This document shows positions 34,425 through 37,347 of a stretch of 37,347 bases of DNA, piece after piece. The stretch is from a virus. Lineage: Duplodnaviria; Caudoviricetes. Every line of letters starts with the position of its first letter. Position 1 is the first letter of the stretch. Made by a program: the position numbers and the translations under genes. A model generated the notes under the pieces. That model worked only from the letters and a program-made list of their open reading frames with translations. It searched no databases and was not told the origin of the DNA. The stretch covers positions 1 through 37,347 of IMG/VR virus record IMGVR_UViG_3300037502_001141, one strand, 5' to 3'.

Positions 34425-35365
34425 TATGATTTACTCATTAAGTTATACAGACTTAAACCAGACAACCCAAGACCTGCTAATTGGCTTGCAAATGAGGGCG
34501 GTGGTGTAACTGTCTGTGTTGTGGTGTCAGTAAGTGGGATACCACGAATAAAGCCACTAAGTTTATCAAGCTGCTGCTCAGGGTACTGGATACGCTGTAA
34601 TAAGTTTTGATAATCAATATCTGTTTTCTGCTGCTGCACTGCACGCTCATAGTCACCATAGGCACCAAGAGTCTTTAAGCGGTCAATATCTGCGGCTTGT
34701 TGCGCTACACCTAACTGACCAAACTGCTGACCTAATGTACCGTAGGTTTGTGCCTGTTGTAGACGGGCGGCACGCTCTGATTCCAACCCTTTCTGTCCAG
34801 CCTCATATGCAGCTTGAAGTCCTTTGGCCTGAATGTCACCGAGTTGGTTTTGAAGGTTGCGCTCACGCTCTGTTGTAGCAAGCAGTTGCCGTGCTCCGCC
34901 ATAAGTACCTTGACGGGCCGCACCAAGATTTTGTGCTAACTGGGCTTTCTGAGCATCTGTTATGGCTTGTTGTTTTGATACATCCACTACGCCCTGTGCA
35001 TAGGGAGACATATACTGCTGCATCACCCCTTGATCTAACATACTAGGGAGTCCGGTGGCTGCGGCATAGCCTGAACCGAGAGCGCCCGTCCCCATAGCAA
35101 ACTGCCCGGGGGTCTGCATGGCAGAAAGTTGCGTACCTACCTGCTGCTGGCCGGGGGTTAAACCTGCTACCCGCTGCGCGCCGGTATAAAGACCAGCCGC
35201 CTCTAGGGGGCCTTGGATGTTGGCTTGGTAGTCGGCGGGGGTGCCTGCTCCGTAGAGTTTAAAGGCCGTTGGGATTAACCCGGGAACGCCTTGGGCACCG
35301 GTCTTATAGAACTCTTCAAACGCGGTGGGTAGTTGACTGGTTACGACTTGTGAGGTGGTTGCCAT
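34424..35365 (-). CDS. Probable DNA ejection (pilot-type) protein (313 aa)
   Basis: Gln/Ala/Gly-rich; QRVAGLTP.Q, YMSPY, GTYGGAR; hydrophobic C-terminus LAGLGLSGLSLY. Confidence 0.75.
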   Translation of the reverse strand: MATTSQVVTSQLPTAFEEFYKTGAQGVPGLIPTAFKLYGAGTPADYQANIQGPLEAAGLYTGAQRVAGLTPGQQQVGTQLSAMQTPGQFAMGTGALGSGYAAATGLPSMLDQGVMQQYMSPYAQGVVDVSKQQAITDAQKAQLAQNLGAARQGTYGGARQLLATTERERNLQNQLGDIQAKGLQAAYEAGQKGLESERAARLQQAQTYGTLGQQFGQLGVAQQAADIDRLKTLGAYGDYERAVQQQKTDIDYQNLLQRIQYPEQQLDKLSGFIRGIPLTDTTTQTVTPPPSFASQLAGLGLSGLSLYNLMSKS

Positions 35366-35375
35366 AATCTATCCT

Positions 35376-36965
35376 TTAAGCAGGCATCATTTTGCGAGTA
35401 TTAACTTGAGGCGCTTGACTAGTTTTGCCTGTGCGTGACTTGCGAATTCGATCCATCATTGCGTATAACTTTTTAGCCCCGGCATTTGAGGAGCCATTAC
35501 CAAGATGTGACACCACGTCGGCAGGAACTACAAACTCACCATCAGCCAGACGGGCTTCTTGTTTACCACCTATACGGGCACGAATGCTGTCAGACATTCC
35601 GTCGCCACCGCCACGAAGATACCGAGGGGGTAGGCCACCCTTGGCTAAAGCGGCAATACCGCCTTGCATCATACTATCGTCCCCACCGATTTCGTCGTCG
35701 TAAGAGGTAATCCGACCACCCATAGCCATGCCGCGCTCACGGCGAATATCTTCTTCGGTTAGGCGTTGGTAGTTGTAGGGATAATCACGGAGGACGCCTT
35801 GTGCCCACGCAATCTCTTCTTTCTTGCGGTTTTCTTGATCAGCTAAAATACGATTAGCCGCGTCTCTAGCAGCGTCAAGTTCTTTCTTTGTTTGGTATGC
35901 GGTGTACCCACCATAAGCAATACTAGCAGTGGTCATTGGATTAGAAGCCGCGAGATCATATGCACCTTCTGCTAAAGAGCCAGCAGCCCCTAAATAATTT
36001 TCTCCAGCAGTGTCAAGTCCACGAACGCCGCTAAAGTCTGGTGATACAGGTCTACTAAAATCTTCAACTGGTGGCAAATTGTAACCGGGTTTATAAGAAC
36101 CACCACGCTCAGTAACACCACCTTCAAACCCACTCATATCAGGAGCAGTAGGCGCAGGGGCAGGAGCCGGAATACCATCTGTCATGGTGGGTGAATCCAA
36201 GACGGCGGATTGGTTTATTGCTGGAGCGCCGCTAACGTAGGAATTAGGGTCTGAAGGGTAAGGAATTGCTTGTTGTCCTGCGCTTGTAACTGCACTTTCT
36301 ACAGCGCCTACAGGTGGAGCTGAAGGAATATTAGGATCCATACCCGGAATACCTTCAAAACCACTTGCATCAAAACCACCCGGCCCATAACCACCCGGCC
36401 CCCCAGCGCCAGAATAATCGCTAAGTGAAGTTGGGTCTATGCCATCTGGACTCATACCAGAGGGAGCACCTATTGCATATTCTTTTATCCCTTGCCCTAT
36501 TTGTTGCATAGCAGCAGCCTTGGCAGCGCCTTTTACATCAAAACTACTACCTTCAGGGGCTAGACCAGCATATAAAAACGCAGAAACTGGATGCAAATAA
36601 GACGCTATTTGAGCAATCGGGCCAAGAACTTTGTTTCTGGCTATTGATTCAATACCGCCTTCAATTGCTTGGCCAATTTCAGAACCTAATTTGTAAAGTG
36701 GTTTGGGGACAATTTTCTTTAAAAATGATTTGTATTCGGGTAAACCCGTATATGGGTTAATAGTTCCTGATCCACCCAGAAGTTTTAGGATGCCAGCCTC
36801 TTCGGGGGATATATGGGCAAGGACGGTATCGCCTTCCCGACCCTGACGGCGGATCATCTCAGCGGCATTTTCTAGGCCGTAGGTTTCTTTGACCCGACCG
36901 CCTTTTTCAAAGGTAGGCATAGGAGGGGCGTATGCGTATTGGGGGGTAGCAGGGGCTGAGTACAT
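35376..36965 (-). CDS. Probable internal virion protein
   Basis: Start reassigned to ATG 36965 after AAGGA; GREGDTVLAHISPEEA...GGSGTINPYTGLPEY and GDGMSDSI...LADGEFVVPADVVS motifs around a Pro/Gly-rich middle. Confidence 0.75.
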   Translation of the reverse strand: MYSAPATPQYAYAPPMPTFEKGGRVKETYGLENAAEMIRRQGREGDTVLAHISPEEAGILKLLGGSGTINPYTGLPEYKSFLKKIVPKPLYKLGSEIGQAIEGGIESIARNKVLGPIAQIASYLHPVSAFLYAGLAPEGSSFDVKGAAKAAAMQQIGQGIKEYAIGAPSGMSPDGIDPTSLSDYSGAGGPGGYGPGGFDASGFEGIPGMDPNIPSAPPVGAVESAVTSAGQQAIPYPSDPNSYVSGAPAINQSAVLDSPTMTDGIPAPAPAPTAPDMSGFEGGVTERGGSYKPGYNLPPVEDFSRPVSPDFSGVRGLDTAGENYLGAAGSLAEGAYDLAASNPMTTASIAYGGYTAYQTKKELDAARDAANRILADQENRKKEEIAWAQGVLRDYPYNYQRLTEEDIRRERGMAMGGRITSYDDEIGGDDSMMQGGIAALAKGGLPPRYLRGGGDGMSDSIRARIGGKQEARLADGEFVVPADVVSHLGNGSSNAGAKKLYAMMDRIRKSRTGKTSQAPQVNTRKMMPA

Positions 36966-36984
36966 AGTTAGATTATCCTTGATT

Positions 36985-37347
36985 TTAAGCAATAGTTACA
37001 GTAGGAGCGGCTCCAGTCAAGACCAAAGATGCCACCGGGGGAGTCCGGGCTACACCACGAAGCAGACTTGGGGCAACGCCAGCCAAGACCAAATCATCTG
37101 GTTTGGGAAATAAAAACGCCGGGGGTAGGGCTGATACAAAGTTAGCCGTCAAAATGACCGACGGAATCTCAGGGCGGGTTGGGCTAGTCCCTGCGGCGTA
37201 GTGCTCAAGATAGACATCCGTGGAGTCTGACCACCAAGCAATCTCAAGATAATCTGTCTCTGGGTCATTTATCGTAAAAATACCGTTAATGACAGCAACC
37301 ACATGGCTATAGATTGATGCGCTTTTGCGGGCTGGAATGTCAAACCG
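36985..37347 (-). CDS. Structural/tail protein, C-terminal part (runs off the right edge)
   Basis: Frame stays open to the window end (RFDIPARKSASIYSHVVAVING...DYLEIAWWS...PSVILTANFVS); beta-rich. Confidence 0.6.
   Translation of the reverse strand, partial: RFDIPARKSASIYSHVVAVINGIFTINDPETDYLEIAWWSDSTDVYLEHYAAGTSPTRPEIPSVILTANFVSALPPAFLFPKPDDLVLAGVAPSLLRGVARTPPVASLVLTGAAPTVTIA

Noticed and set aside
1-37347. Antisense ORFs in the track; tRNA, integrase, lysis and capsid genes
   Set aside because: Antisense ORFs lie wholly opposite well-supported genes. No tRNA, integrase, endolysin or major capsid gene was recognised; capsid and tail genes probably lie outside the window.

Overview
The window is a large part of a tailed dsDNA phage genome (podovirus-like organisation; host not determinable from sequence). 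Left to right: (-) portal N-terminus, terminase large subunit and probable small subunit; a G/C-run intergenic region; two paralogous (-) genes, each with its own promoter and terminator; an origin-like repeat region with two IHF consensus sites; a (+) early operon (small peptides, MoxR-type AAA ATPase, HExxH/vWA protein); a (+) replication module (VRR-NUC nuclease, family A DNA polymerase, Cas4-like nuclease, HNH, SNF2 helicase, HTH, primase-helicase); and converging (-) virion/ejection genes including a 2783-aa polyvalent protein. Most notable: (1) a ~95-nt four-hairpin sRNA candidate whose unpaired CUCCUCUUGGU is complementary to an ACCAAGAGGA(G) motif in front of several of the phage's own first-in-operon genes; (2) a 27-bp palindrome GAC-N3-CTGAC-N5-GTCAG-N3-GTC occurring seven times, only in the early region and also inside coding sequence; (3) a GHKL ATPase plus HExxH cassette inside the giant virion protein, with two +1-frame nested ORFs that have their own RBS overprinted on linkers either side of it. 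Product calls come from motif recognition by eye; no searches were run.
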